The notes under the pieces: model-generated
Told to the model about the DNA's origin: nothing
The model's database searches: none
Seen by the model: only the letters and a program-made list of their open reading frames with translations
Shown here: in pieces, positions 46,389 to 55,947 of the stretch
Numbering within the stretch: position 1 is the first letter of the stretch
Layout of the letters: each line of letters opens with the position of its first letter
Position numbers and translations under genes: made by a program
Source: Gemmatimonadaceae bacterium
Lineage (GTDB): Bacteria > Gemmatimonadota > Gemmatimonadetes > Gemmatimonadales > Gemmatimonadaceae
Assembly (NCBI GenBank): GCA_036008805.1
Contig: DASYMZ010000193.1
Span: 22,887 to 86,886 of the forward strand
Reading direction: 5' to 3'
DNA: 64,000 nucleotides

Positions 46389-48137
46389 ATGAGTCCGCGC
46401 CGCCGGCCGACACGACAGCGAGCGAAGCCCGTGACGTCGTCGCGCGCCACCTGGATCGCAGCGCGCGCTCGAAACGCGCTTCGTCGGCCCGTGTTCATCG
46501 GCGCGGTCAGCATCGTCACCTTCATCGCGTCGCTGTTCGCGCTGGTGATCGTGCCGCAGCAGGCACGCCGCGCCGCGGCGCAGCTGCGTCCCTCCGCATC
46601 GGCACGACCCGACACCGAGCCGACCGTCGCGGCGCTCACCGAAGCTCAGCGACAGACCAGCGCCGCTGATTCGGCCGTCGTCAACGCCCGCGCCGAATAT
46701 GCAAGACAACTGGCCGCGAACACTGCCGCCGCCACCGCCGACAGCGCGCCGGCCAGCCCGGCGTTCGGTGGGGATACCCGCGTCCGCCGAGACTCCATCG
46801 CGTCCGACATGGCGCTGCTCGGCCGACTCCTCGCGCGCGCGGAAAACGCGCCACTCCTCGGCTCCTATCGCGCGGTGGCCGAAGCACCGCCGATGCGAGG
46901 GAATGCGCAGGCGAGGCAGCTACTCGATTCGCTGGTCGAGATCGAGCGCGAGCGCGAGGGCTACAACGCCGTCGGCGGCGTCGATCCGGTGTTCGTCGCG
47001 CTGACGGCCCGCGCGAACGAGCTCGGGAGAGCGATCGAAGGGCTGGCCGAGGCACGGCGCGCCGAGCTTCGGCGTGAGCTCGCGGCCCTCGCGCCGCCGC
47101 CGGCGCCAGTCGGTGTCGCGGCGCACCCGCTCCCCGATACGCTCGAGCTGCTTCGCGTTCAGCAGGGCGCGCACGACGCGGCCGCGGGCGTGGCCAACCG
47201 TCTGGCGCGCGAGCGACTGGAGCTCACGCGATTGGACGCGCGAGAAGAACGGGCGCGAGAGCTGGCCAACCTTGGCGCGTCCCCGCCCGCGATGCTGGCC
47301 GCGGCGTTGATCTTCGGCGCCGTGATCGGATTCGGCTTCGCGCTCGTCGATGAAGTGCGGCATCCGCGGATCTCCGATGCGTACGAGGCGGAGCGCGCCA
47401 CGGGACTGCGCGTGCTGGGCGTGATCAGCCCACTGCCCCCGTCGCCCGAGCGCGGCCGGCGATCGTCCGATCGCGCTGCGCCGCCATACATCGATCCGGG
47501 AGCGGACGGCCATCAGCTCATCTACCTCCACATCGCGACCGCGGGCGCCAACGTCATCATGTTGACCGTCACCGGAGACAATCCGGGCGTCTCAGCGGTC
47601 GTCGCGATCAACTTCGTCTCGATCGCGGCCGACGAGGCGCGCAGCACCCTCCTGGTCGACACAGATCCCGTGGCATCGACGGTATCGGCCGCGCTGCGGC
47701 TCCGGGCGAGCGAGGGGCTGAGCGGCCTGGTGCGCGGAAAGCTGAGCTGGCCCGAAGCGATTCGTGCTGCCCGCATCGGCCGCGAGAGCTCGATCGACGT
47801 GGTGCCGAGCGGACCCGACGCGCCGTCGTTGGAGGAGGTGAAAGGTCTGCTCCAGCGAGACGCGAACAGGCTCGCGCGACGGTACGACGCCATCGTTCTG
47901 GTCAGCGCGGACGAGCAGGTCTCGAAGGGACTGCCCAGCGCGTTGCCGATCCCGGATGTGGTCTACTGCGTGCGCGCGGGACAGACGCCGATCGCTCATC
48001 TCAGACGCGCCCTGGAGGACATCGAGAGCGCAGGTGGGCGTGTGCGCGGGATCGTGGTCTGGAACGCACCCGATCCCATTCTGTCGGAGCTTCGACCGGC
48101 AGAACACGCCGCGCAGGACGCGCCAGTTCCCGCGTAG
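46389..48137 (+). CDS. Polysaccharide co-polymerase (Wzz/GumC-like) fused to a degenerate BY-kinase/MinD-like domain
   Basis: TM, long coiled-coil periplasmic region, second TM (MLAAALIFGAVIGFGFALV), then a P-loop-fold domain. The Walker A position reads VTGDNPGVSAVVAINF (no GK[ST]). Walker A' LLVDTD is kept. There is no C-terminal Tyr cluster. Confidence 0.55.
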   Translation: MSPRRRPTRQRAKPVTSSRATWIAARARNALRRPVFIGAVSIVTFIASLFALVIVPQQARRAAAQLRPSASARPDTEPTVAALTEAQRQTSAADSAVVNARAEYARQLAANTAAATADSAPASPAFGGDTRVRRDSIASDMALLGRLLARAENAPLLGSYRAVAEAPPMRGNAQARQLLDSLVEIEREREGYNAVGGVDPVFVALTARANELGRAIEGLAEARRAELRRELAALAPPPAPVGVAAHPLPDTLELLRVQQGAHDAAAGVANRLARERLELTRLDAREERARELANLGASPPAMLAAALIFGAVIGFGFALVDEVRHPRISDAYEAERATGLRVLGVISPLPPSPERGRRSSDRAAPPYIDPGADGHQLIYLHIATAGANVIMLTVTGDNPGVSAVVAINFVSIAADEARSTLLVDTDPVASTVSAALRLRASEGLSGLVRGKLSWPEAIRAARIGRESSIDVVPSGPDAPSLEEVKGLLQRDANRLARRYDAIVLVSADEQVSKGLPSALPIPDVVYCVRAGQTPIAHLRRALEDIESAGGRVRGIVVWNAPDPILSELRPAEHAAQDAPVPA

Positions 48138-48236
48138 GCCCGCGGCGCCGTGGCGGCGCGCGATCAGCGACCGCCACTCCACGCGTCGGCGATTCCAGGG
48201 CTCTGCGTCGAGCGCGCGTCGCGCTACAGTTCTGCC

Positions 48237-48674
48237 ATGTCATTCATGTGGGCGGATACCCTGCTCGCGGTCGAGCGAGCTCACCTGCTCCGTCTGGTGC
48301 TCTGGGGAAGCGCGAGCCTCGTACTGGGCGCAACGCTGCTGGCGTTCTTGAAAGCCCGCCGACAGCGCTCCCCGCTGCTTCAACAGTTCGCGATCCAGAC
48401 TGCCGCCTGGGGGGCCATCGAGCTGGGACTGGCGGCGAATGGGATGCGCACGCTCGCGCTGCGTGATCTAGCCGGCGCCACGCGCCTGGACCGCTTTCTC
48501 TGGCTGAACATTGGCCTCGATGCGGGCTACGTCCTGGTCGGTATCACGCTGCTGATCGCTGGTTGGCGCATCGGACGCCGGCCCGGGCTGGTCGGTGCGG
48601 GCCTCGGAGTCGTGGTCCAGGGCACGGCACTGGCGATTCTCGACATGGGGCTCGCGAGCCAGATCTCGCGTTGA
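48237..48674 (+). CDS. Hypothetical 4-TM membrane protein
   Basis: ATG 48237. Four predicted hydrophobic helices. No family recognised. Confidence 0.5.
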   Translation: MSFMWADTLLAVERAHLLRLVLWGSASLVLGATLLAFLKARRQRSPLLQQFAIQTAAWGAIELGLAANGMRTLALRDLAGATRLDRFLWLNIGLDAGYVLVGITLLIAGWRIGRRPGLVGAGLGVVVQGTALAILDMGLASQISR

Positions 48675-48774
48675 GCGATGATGAGGCTGGCCGCGGATCG
48701 GCGTGCGGGCGCACTGCGGCGCAAGTATCTTTCAGCGCGTCCCTCCTTCCAAGCGCCCCAGCGTCCCGCGCCCT

Positions 48775-49407
48775 GTGACACCGATCCGCGGCTACTCCGA
48801 TCGTATCAACCACGCGCTCGCGTTCGCGGCGAAGCATCACGACCGCCAGGTTCGGAAGGGCACGCGTCTCCCGTACCTCACTCATCCTGCCAATGTCGCG
48901 ATCATCCTGACGAGATACGGACGGGATGAACAGACTGTCGTGGCGGGCATCCTCCATGACGTCATCGAGGATTGCGTGCGCGATGGCTACACGCGGGACA
49001 TGCTCGAGCAGCGCATCGGCGACAAGTTCGGAGAGGAGGTGCTCAGCACGGTCCTCGCCGTGACGCACCGACAGGTGGACGAAGAGGGGGTCGAGCTCTC
49101 GAGCGAGGAGCGGAGGGACGACTACCTCGCGCGGCTCGCCGCCGCCCCCGAGGGGGCGCGGTGGGTCTGCGCCGCGGACAAGATCCACAACGGCAGCTCG
49201 ATCCTCGCGGACCTGAATCGCACGCTGGATCCGGACACCGTCTGGTCGCGATTCAACGTGGGTCGCGTTGGAACCATCCGCTGGTACCGCCGCGTCTACG
49301 AGCGTCTGCGCGAGCTCGGATTCGACGCGCCGATCATGGACGAGCTTCGCGAAGTTGCCGAAGCGCTGGAGCGCAGCGGCGGACCGAATTCGATCGCCGC
49401 GCGCTGA
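48775..49407 (+). CDS. HD-domain protein, RelA/SpoT-type (p)ppGpp hydrolase-like (small alarmone hydrolase)
   Basis: INHALAFAAKHHDRQVRKGTRLPYLTHPANVAIIL...AGILHDVIEDC are the HD hydrolase motifs of the RSH family. Start GTG 48775, or ATG 48703 as in the ORF track. Confidence 0.75.
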   Translation: MTPIRGYSDRINHALAFAAKHHDRQVRKGTRLPYLTHPANVAIILTRYGRDEQTVVAGILHDVIEDCVRDGYTRDMLEQRIGDKFGEEVLSTVLAVTHRQVDEEGVELSSEERRDDYLARLAAAPEGARWVCAADKIHNGSSILADLNRTLDPDTVWSRFNVGRVGTIRWYRRVYERLRELGFDAPIMDELREVAEALERSGGPNSIAAR

Positions 49408-49428
49408 TCGTTCGTCCCTCCCGAGCGC

Positions 49429-50679
49429 TCAGCGCGCCGACGTCGCCAGCTCCTGGGGCGGAGCGGCCGCCGGATAGGTGCGGGCGACGTAGTCCTCCAG
49501 GATCACCAGGAACTCCTCGACGATCCGGTCGCCTTTGAGCGTCGTGTGGAGCCGTCCGTCGACGTAGACGGGGGCCTTCGGCTCCTCGAAGGTTCCCGGA
49601 AGCGAGATGCCGAGGTTCGCGTGCTTCGACTCACCGGGGCCGTTCACGACGCAGCCCATCACGGCAACGTGCATCGTCTCCACGCCCGGGCGTGATTGCC
49701 GCCAGACTGGCATCTGCTCGCGCAGATAGGTCTGGATGTCCTCGGCCATGTGCTGAAAGAAGCTCGATGTCGTCCGTCCGCATCCCGGGCACGCCGTGAC
49801 CTGCGGCGCGAAGCTCCGAAGCCCGAGCGACTGGAGGATCTGCTGCGCGACGAGCACCTCCTCCGTGCGGTCGCCATTCGGCTTCGGTGTGAGCGAGACA
49901 CGGATCGTGTCGCCGATTCCCTTGGCGAGCAGGATCGAGAGTGCGGCCGCGCTGGCCACCTGCCCCTTCATCCCCATTCCCGCCTCGGTCAGGCCGAGAT
50001 GGAGTGGATAGTCGCACCGCGCCCCCAGTCGCTCGTATACCTCGACGAGATCCGGCACCTGCGAGACCTTGGCGGAGATCAGGATGCGATCGTGGCCCAG
50101 CCCAACCTCTTCCGCGAGCTCGGCGGATCGGAGCGCCGATGCGAGCATCGCTTCCATGTAGACGTCCTTCGCCGTGTGCGGCTGCGCCGCGCGCGCGTTC
50201 TCGTCCATCATCAGGGTGAGCAGATCCTGATCGAGCGAACCCCAGTTCACGCCGATGCGCACTGGCTTGTCGTGCTGCACGGCGATCTGCACGATGGTGC
50301 GGAAGTTCTCGTCGCGCCGTTTGCCGCCGACGTTCCCGGGATTGATGCGGTACTTCGCCAACGTGCTCGCACAGGCCGGGAATCGCGCGAGGAGCAGATG
50401 GCCGTTGTAGTGGAAATCGCCGACGATCGGCACCGAGACGCCCGCGTCAGCGAGGCGCTGGGCGATCTCCGGAACAGCGGCCGCCGCCTCGTCGTTGTTG
50501 ACGGTGATGCGAACCAACTGCGAGCCGGCAGCGGCGAGCGCGGCGATCTGAGCGGCCGTCGACGCGGCATCGGCGGTATCCGTGTTCGTCATCGACTGGA
50601 CGACGATCGGATGCGCCGACCCGACGGGAACGGAGCCGACGTGCGTGGTGACGGTAGGCCTGCGAGGTGCGAAAGACAC
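49429..50679 (-). CDS. ispG: 4-hydroxy-3-methylbut-2-en-1-yl diphosphate synthase
   Basis: [23 protein letters not shown], and the Fe-S Cys motif ACPGCGRT...GCVVNGPGE. Confidence 0.95.
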   Translation of the reverse strand: MSFAPRRPTVTTHVGSVPVGSAHPIVVQSMTNTDTADAASTAAQIAALAAAGSQLVRITVNNDEAAAAVPEIAQRLADAGVSVPIVGDFHYNGHLLLARFPACASTLAKYRINPGNVGGKRRDENFRTIVQIAVQHDKPVRIGVNWGSLDQDLLTLMMDENARAAQPHTAKDVYMEAMLASALRSAELAEEVGLGHDRILISAKVSQVPDLVEVYERLGARCDYPLHLGLTEAGMGMKGQVASAAALSILLAKGIGDTIRVSLTPKPNGDRTEEVLVAQQILQSLGLRSFAPQVTACPGCGRTTSSFFQHMAEDIQTYLREQMPVWRQSRPGVETMHVAVMGCVVNGPGESKHANLGISLPGTFEEPKAPVYVDGRLHTTLKGDRIVEEFLVILEDYVARTYPAAAPPQELATSAR

Positions 50680-50807
50680 GGGACGTGGACGAAGGTCAGA
50701 ACGACGAAGGAAATCTAAGGGCGAGCCCTCCTGCGTGGAGCGCCGGAGGGGCGTAGTTTCTGCGCAAGGGATTGCTGTCCACTCGAGCGCTACTCATCAG
50801 GAGTGCC

Positions 50808-51236
50808 ATGGCCGACGACCGGCAACATGCTGACGTGCTGGATGCTCCGATCGCGCCACGGAAACGGCGGCGGCGCTGGCCGTGGGTGCTCGCGGGGATC
50901 GTGGCGCTGCCGATCCTACTCTTCGCCGCCTGGACCGCGATCACGCTGAACTACACCTATGCAGATGACGGTCAGCGCGCTGGATATCTCCAGAAGCTCT
51001 CGAGAAAGGGGTGGGTCTGTAAGACGTGGGAAGGAGAGCTGGCGATGGTCAACATGCCCGGTGCGGCGCAGGAGCGATTCCCCTTCACCGTCCGGTCGGA
51101 CAGCATCGCGCAGCTCATGAGCAAGATGGTCGGCGCCCGGGTGTCCATCACCTACGAACAGCACAAGGGCGTTCCTGGTTCGTGCTTCGGCGACACGGAG
51201 TATTACGTCAAGCACGTCCAGGCCGCGGCCCAGTGA
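50808..51236 (+). CDS. Hypothetical membrane-anchored protein (conserved unknown)
   Basis: AGGAG 5 nt upstream of ATG 50808. Basic N-terminus plus one TM, then YLQKLSRKGWVCKTWEGELAMV... No family name recalled. Confidence 0.55.
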   Translation: MADDRQHADVLDAPIAPRKRRRRWPWVLAGIVALPILLFAAWTAITLNYTYADDGQRAGYLQKLSRKGWVCKTWEGELAMVNMPGAAQERFPFTVRSDSIAQLMSKMVGARVSITYEQHKGVPGSCFGDTEYYVKHVQAAAQ

Positions 51237-51307
51237 TTCGGTTCGTCGCACGCTGAGCGCTGGCATCCCTTCGGCCCGGCCCGCAACCGAGTGCCCCTGC
51301 CCAACTA

Positions 51308-51336
51308 TTGACCGTTCTTTTTGGCCTTGCTACGTT
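51308..51336 (+). promoter_or_regulatory. Candidate sigma70-type promoter of the second csp gene
   Basis: TTGACC, 17-nt spacer, TACGTT. Implies a ~130-nt 5' UTR before ATG 51474. Confidence 0.4.
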
Positions 51337-51473
51337 AGCGCTCGCTGGGCCGGCTCGGTTGGCGGCTCGGCATCGTTCGTTGCGACGGGACACCGGTGCG
51401 CCCGCCGCACTGGCTATTGTCGGGGTACGGCGCGTTCCGCTCCCTAGACAATCAGTTTTCTCAGGAGTGGGAC

Positions 51474-51680
51474 ATGCGTACGACCGGCAAGGTGAAGTGG
51501 TTCAACGACGCGAAGGGATTCGGTTTCATCACGCCGGACAGCGGCGAGAAAGACTGCTTCGTGCATTACAGCGCGATTCAGGGAAACGGATTCAAGTCGT
51601 TGGCCGAAGGTGACGCAGTCGAGTTCGACATCGTCCAGGGCGCCAAGGGCCCGGCGGCGGAGAACGTCTCGAAGGCGTGA
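51474..51680 (+). CDS. Cold-shock protein (CspA family), second paralogue
   Basis: [40 protein letters not shown] upstream. 68 aa. Confidence 0.95.
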   Translation: MRTTGKVKWFNDAKGFGFITPDSGEKDCFVHYSAIQGNGFKSLAEGDAVEFDIVQGAKGPAAENVSKA

Positions 51681-51702
51681 GGCGATCGGGTTCGGGTGCA
51701 AG

Positions 51703-51735
51703 AACGCGGGGTGCCTCGACGAGGCACCCCGCGTT
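51703..51735 (+). terminator. Terminator-like hairpin after csp
   Basis: 15-bp perfect stem AACGCGGGGTGCCTC-GAC-GAGGCACCCCGCGTT. Only a weak T tract follows. Confidence 0.5.
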
Positions 51736-51765
51736 GCGTCTGGCGTCCGCCCGGCGGCAGCGGGA

Positions 51766-52155
51766 TCAGGGGCTCCGACCCGCTCGCCCAGAGGGCCGTC
51801 CGCGCCGCGGCCTCGGCGCAGATTCGATCGCCTCTCTCAGACGCTCGCGGAGCGCTGCCTCGAGCGCGCGCCGGTCGAAGTGCAGGACGAGAGAGCCGGA
51901 CGGCAGCGAGATGCTCTCGGAATCGTCCAGAAGCGTCGCCGCGAGGGCGACCGCCTCCCGCACCCCACACCCCAACTCCTGATTCAACGCGCGAATCAGG
52001 GCGATCCTGACCAGCGCGTTCCAGGACACGCCTCGAGCCACACCTCGGTCACGATGTGCGACGTCGGAGATGTCGTGCTGAGACAGTAGGTTGTCCGTCC
52101 ACTTGAGCGGCGCTCCGACTGTAAGCGATGCGATGGCAACACTATATAGTCTCAC
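51766..52155 (-). CDS. Hypothetical protein, possible MerR/excisionase-like HTH; atypical codon usage
   Basis: GTG 52155. The N-terminus YSVAIASLTVGAPLKWTDNLLSQHDI is HTH-like. Many AT-ending codons (AGA CTA TAT AGT GTT GCA CTT ACA), unlike neighbouring genes. Confidence 0.4.
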   Translation of the reverse strand: MRLYSVAIASLTVGAPLKWTDNLLSQHDISDVAHRDRGVARGVSWNALVRIALIRALNQELGCGVREAVALAATLLDDSESISLPSGSLVLHFDRRALEAALRERLREAIESAPRPRRGRPSGRAGRSP

Positions 52156-52240
52156 ATAAATATCCTAAAATTTTCGCTAATTATACGTTTCAGGATGTCG
52201 CATTAAAAGCGATATTTTTTTAGGAATATATAGATCTTTG
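52141..52240. other. AT-rich island (~27% G+C by hand count) in a divergent intergenic region
   Basis: 27 G/C in 100 nt, against roughly two-thirds G+C elsewhere. TATATAG occurs at both edges (52144-52150 and 52227-52233). Confidence 0.8.
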
Positions 52241-52340
52241 AGCCACACCGTCGCCGCTTTCAGCGTCGAGTTGATCATTCGACGTCTGGCATGGGATTCG
52301 AACGGTGTTCGCTCGCTCAATAACCTATAGGAGAGACGAC

Positions 52341-52862
52341 ATGGTTCGATCGATCACCGCCGCCCTGCTGGGTGGTGCACTCATCCTCTTGCCACCAACC
52401 CATCTGTCCGCCCAGACCGCGTTGAGCGTGGCCGGTGGGATCTCAGCTCCTGTCAGCGACCTGGGCGACGTCGCCGACATGGGCTATAACCTCGGCGTGG
52501 CCCTGAACTTTGGAGGCACTCGACTGCCGATTGGCGCGCGGATCGAGGGCAGCCTCAACGGATTCGGCCTCAAAGATTTCGATGAGAGCCTCCGCATCGC
52601 ATCCGGCACCGCCAACGCGATCGTGAACTTCAGCCAGAAAGCGGACAGCCCGTACCTCATCGGCGGCATCGGCATCTACAACAGCAAGCTCCGCGACTTC
52701 GATTCCGACAATGCCGTCGGCGTGAACCTTGGCGGCGGCCTCCGCTTCCCGATCGGTGAGCTGAGCACGTTTCTCGAGCTGCGATATCACTCGACTCTCA
52801 GTGACAACGGCCGGAGTGGTCGCCTCCAATACATTCCGATCACCTTCGGCGTCATGTTCTGA
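52341..52862 (+). CDS. Small outer-membrane beta-barrel protein (OmpW/OmpA-beta-barrel-like)
   Basis: GGAGAG upstream. Signal peptide ending LSAQTA. Alternating beta-strand pattern. C-terminal ...ITFGVMF with terminal Phe. Confidence 0.7.
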   Translation: MVRSITAALLGGALILLPPTHLSAQTALSVAGGISAPVSDLGDVADMGYNLGVALNFGGTRLPIGARIEGSLNGFGLKDFDESLRIASGTANAIVNFSQKADSPYLIGGIGIYNSKLRDFDSDNAVGVNLGGGLRFPIGELSTFLELRYHSTLSDNGRSGRLQYIPITFGVMF

Positions 52863-52959
52863 CCGCCAATCAGGCGGGTGAGCACCACGTCGCACGAGTC
52901 GCAGGCGAAGACACGCGTCTCGTCTGCGGCTCGCCGAACACGCATCGTCGGCAGCCGCT

Positions 52960-55476
52960 TCACTCGCGCCGCTTGGCTCGCCTGGTCGGAGCGGCACGCA
53001 CGGGCTCCTCGGGCCACTCGTGTTTTGGATAGCGACCGCGAAGCTCTCGTCGCACCTCGAAGTACGAGCCTTTCCAGAAGCCGGCCAGATCGCGAGTAAC
53101 CTGCACGGGACGATAGGCGGGCGAGAGAAGATGCAGGGTGAGAGGAACTCTCCCTCCGGCCACCGCGGGTGTGACCTCGAGACCGAACAATTCCTGCAGG
53201 CGTACCGCCAGCACCGGCATCTCGGCGTCGCCGTAGTCGATGCGAATGCGCGATCCGGTCGGCACTTCGAAGTGTGTCGGCGCAAGCTCGTCGAGATGCG
53301 CGCGCTGCTCCCAGGTCAACCGCGCGAGCAGTAGCGACGACAGGTCGAGCTCATCGACCTGCGATCTGCGACGCAAGCCGCTGAGATGTGGCAGCAGCCA
53401 CTCGCGAGCCGACTGGAGCAGGGCTCCCTCACCGACATCCGGCCACCCAGCCGCATGGCGATGCAGGAAGGCGAGTCGCTCGCGCGTGCGTTGCGCATCC
53501 ACGCTCCACCTGAGCGCGAGCGAGTCGCCGCGAGCCAGCTCCGCGAGCAACGCCTCGGCGATGATCGCATCGTCGACATTCTTCGCGGGGCTCTCGCGCA
53601 GCACGATCGCGCCGAGTCGCTCGCGGCGAAGCACCGATACCGATGCGCTGGTCTCGCTCCAACTCACGAGATCCTCCGTCTCGACCTGATCGGCGAATAG
53701 CCGGTCCAGCTCCGAGCGCTCGAGCGGTGCGGCGAGCAGGATCCGCGCGTGTGGGCGCTGACCATCGAGCTCCGCAATGGACACGAACGGAGCGCCGGTG
53801 AGCGACGAGCCGTCCGCGAGCACGGCGCCAAGGCCACTCCTGAGCAGATAGCGCTCCCCAGAGCCTTGCCGCCGCCGCGCTACACGGTCGGGGAAAGCCA
53901 GCGCGACCAAGGCACCGCAGTCCGCCTCGCTCGCCAGATCGGAACGATCGACACCCAGCTCGTTGCGCCAGACGCGATTCTGCTCGCGCACGCGACGCAG
54001 GACATCGCGGTCCACCTCCGCTCCGAGACGCGTCTCATCGGCAACGACGAGCGCGATGCGAGCGCGAAGGTCGGCGTCACGCCGGGTCGTGTCGCCTCGC
54101 ACCACATCACGCTCGTCGAGCAGCGATGCGACAACGCACGCGGTGCCGGACATGCCGAGCTCGCGACCGCGAAGCAGCATGTGCGCCAACCGCGGATGTG
54201 TCGCGAGGCGCGCCATGGAGTGGCCGTGCGCGGTGATGCGGCCGTCGGCGCCGAGCGCACCCAGTTGATGCAGCAGCTCACGCGCCTGCGCGAGCGCCGG
54301 AGCGGGAGGAAGATCGAGCCAGCGCAGCGCGCCCGCGTCGACGATGCCGGCAAGCGCGAGATCGAGTGCCAGCGGCGCCAGATCGGCATCGAGAATCTCC
54401 GGGCGATCCCGCTCGAGCAATCCGGCGTGCTCTTCGGCGGGCCACAGCCGGTAACAGATTCCTGGTGCAACGCGCCCCGCGCGGCCGCATCGTTGATCGG
54501 CCGACGCACGCGACACCCGAACCGTCTCGAGACGCGACATGCCCATCCGCGGCGAGAAGGACGGCACCCGCGCGAGCCCGGCATCGATGACGACGTGCAC
54601 ACCTTCTATGGTCAGGCTCGTCTGCGCGATGGACGTCGCGAGCACCACCTTGCGATGGCCCGGAGGCGGGGGAGCGAGCGCGGCATCCTGCGCATCGGGA
54701 CCGAGCGCGCCGAACAACGGCATGACCGTGACGTCGGGCGGCAGCTCGTGCTCCATGAGACGCTGCATCGTACTGCGGATCTCGCCGGCACCCGGCAGAA
54801 ACACCAGAATGCTTCCCGCGTCGTCCGCGAGCGCGCGGCGGACGGCGCTTGCAACGGCCACGTCCAAATAGTGATCGGCGCGCCGAGGACGATAGCGCAC
54901 CTCCACCGGAAACGCGCGTCCCTCGCTCGAGACGACCGGAGCATCGCCGAGCAGGGCAGAGACTCGCGCACCGTCGAGCGTGGCCGACATGACGAGGATG
55001 CGCAGCTCGGGACGAAGCACCGACTGCGACTCGAGCGTCAGCGCGAGTCCCAGATCCGCATGCAGGCTGCGCTCGTGGAACTCGTCGAAGATGACGACAC
55101 CGACGTCGTCGAGCGCGGGGTCGCGGTGCAGCATGCGAGTGAGGATGCCTTCGGTGACCACCTCGACGCGGGTGCGGCTCCCTACGCGGGACTCGCCGCG
55201 GACGCGGAACCCGATCGTCGCACCGACCGACTCGCCGAGCGACGACGCCATGCGTCTCGCGGCCGCCCGAGCAGCGAGACGGCGCGGCTCGAGCATGAGC
55301 ACGCGCCTTCCTTCGAGCCACGACTCCTCGAGCAACGCCAGCGGCACGCGCGTCGTCTTCCCCGCGCCGGGCGGCGCTTGCAGCACGACGTTGGACGCCC
55401 GCCGCAGCGCGGCGCGAAGCGGCGCGAGCACCGCATCGATCGGGAGCGACGGGAGTGACGAGACGACGTCGGGCAT
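52960..55476 (-). CDS. hrpB: ATP-dependent RNA helicase HrpB (DEAH box)
   Basis: APPGAGKTT, DEFHERS, SATL, TSIAQTSLTIEGV and QRCGRAGR, plus the HrpB C-terminal domain (GRYPKHEWPE). ATG 55476. Confidence 0.92.
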   Translation of the reverse strand: MPDVVSSLPSLPIDAVLAPLRAALRRASNVVLQAPPGAGKTTRVPLALLEESWLEGRRVLMLEPRRLAARAAARRMASSLGESVGATIGFRVRGESRVGSRTRVEVVTEGILTRMLHRDPALDDVGVVIFDEFHERSLHADLGLALTLESQSVLRPELRILVMSATLDGARVSALLGDAPVVSSEGRAFPVEVRYRPRRADHYLDVAVASAVRRALADDAGSILVFLPGAGEIRSTMQRLMEHELPPDVTVMPLFGALGPDAQDAALAPPPPGHRKVVLATSIAQTSLTIEGVHVVIDAGLARVPSFSPRMGMSRLETVRVSRASADQRCGRAGRVAPGICYRLWPAEEHAGLLERDRPEILDADLAPLALDLALAGIVDAGALRWLDLPPAPALAQARELLHQLGALGADGRITAHGHSMARLATHPRLAHMLLRGRELGMSGTACVVASLLDERDVVRGDTTRRDADLRARIALVVADETRLGAEVDRDVLRRVREQNRVWRNELGVDRSDLASEADCGALVALAFPDRVARRRQGSGERYLLRSGLGAVLADGSSLTGAPFVSIAELDGQRPHARILLAAPLERSELDRLFADQVETEDLVSWSETSASVSVLRRERLGAIVLRESPAKNVDDAIIAEALLAELARGDSLALRWSVDAQRTRERLAFLHRHAAGWPDVGEGALLQSAREWLLPHLSGLRRRSQVDELDLSSLLLARLTWEQRAHLDELAPTHFEVPTGSRIRIDYGDAEMPVLAVRLQELFGLEVTPAVAGGRVPLTLHLLSPAYRPVQVTRDLAGFWKGSYFEVRRELRGRYPKHEWPEEPVRAAPTRRAKRRE

Positions 55477-55634
55477 CGCCCGGAAAGCTAGCCGTCGCTG
55501 CCCCGCGAACGAGTGCCCTACCATCTTTCAATCACCGATCGCGTGGAGACGGCACCAGGCCGTGACATGGAGGTCGTTGACCGGCGCACTCGCCGTCGCA
55601 CACCGCGAGCGCCCCCCAACAGGATGCTGCATCG

Positions 55635-55844
55635 ATGGCAAAGTTCGGCTTGTTTCGCGACTCGGATCTCGCTACGGACTGCGATGAGTGCGGTGGGCGC
55701 GTCGATCTACTCAAAGGCGGAGCGTGCGTGCGCTGCCGGCGGATCCTCTGCTTCACTCACCTGCACGGATCATTCGTTCGTCGCCTTGCCACGGATCTGG
55801 GGGCGCAGACGATCTGCGTCCGCTGTCGAGCGACGACTCGCTGA
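55635..55844 (+). CDS. Small Cys-rich (triple CxxC) zinc-ribbon protein, hypothetical
   Basis: 69 aa with CDEC, CVRC and CVRC pairs plus an extra Cys. GC3-rich codons. Fills the hrpB/cyclase gap. No obvious SD sequence. Confidence 0.4.
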   Translation: MAKFGLFRDSDLATDCDECGGRVDLLKGGACVRCRRILCFTHLHGSFVRRLATDLGAQTICVRCRATTR

Positions 55845-55947
55845 GCGCACCTGTCCTCGCTCGAGATCGACGCGGCCGAGAAACTCCGCTAACTTGCCCG
55901 AGAACGTCACCTCGGCGCGCGCGTCTCAACTTCCCTCGACCTCAGGC

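Noticed and set aside
52270-52320. GTTCGAATCCC on the minus strand, resembling a tRNA T-loop
   Set aside because: The flanking bases (CACCG / CCCAT) cannot form a T-stem, and no acceptor or anticodon arms could be drawn. Not a tRNA.
55513-55947. N-terminal 145 aa of the 715-aa cyclase ORF
   Set aside because: There is no start context, and the translation is Arg/Ser-rich and overlaps the hrpB 5' end. A signal peptide begins at ATG 55948. Another frame holds a more plausible Cys-rich small ORF.
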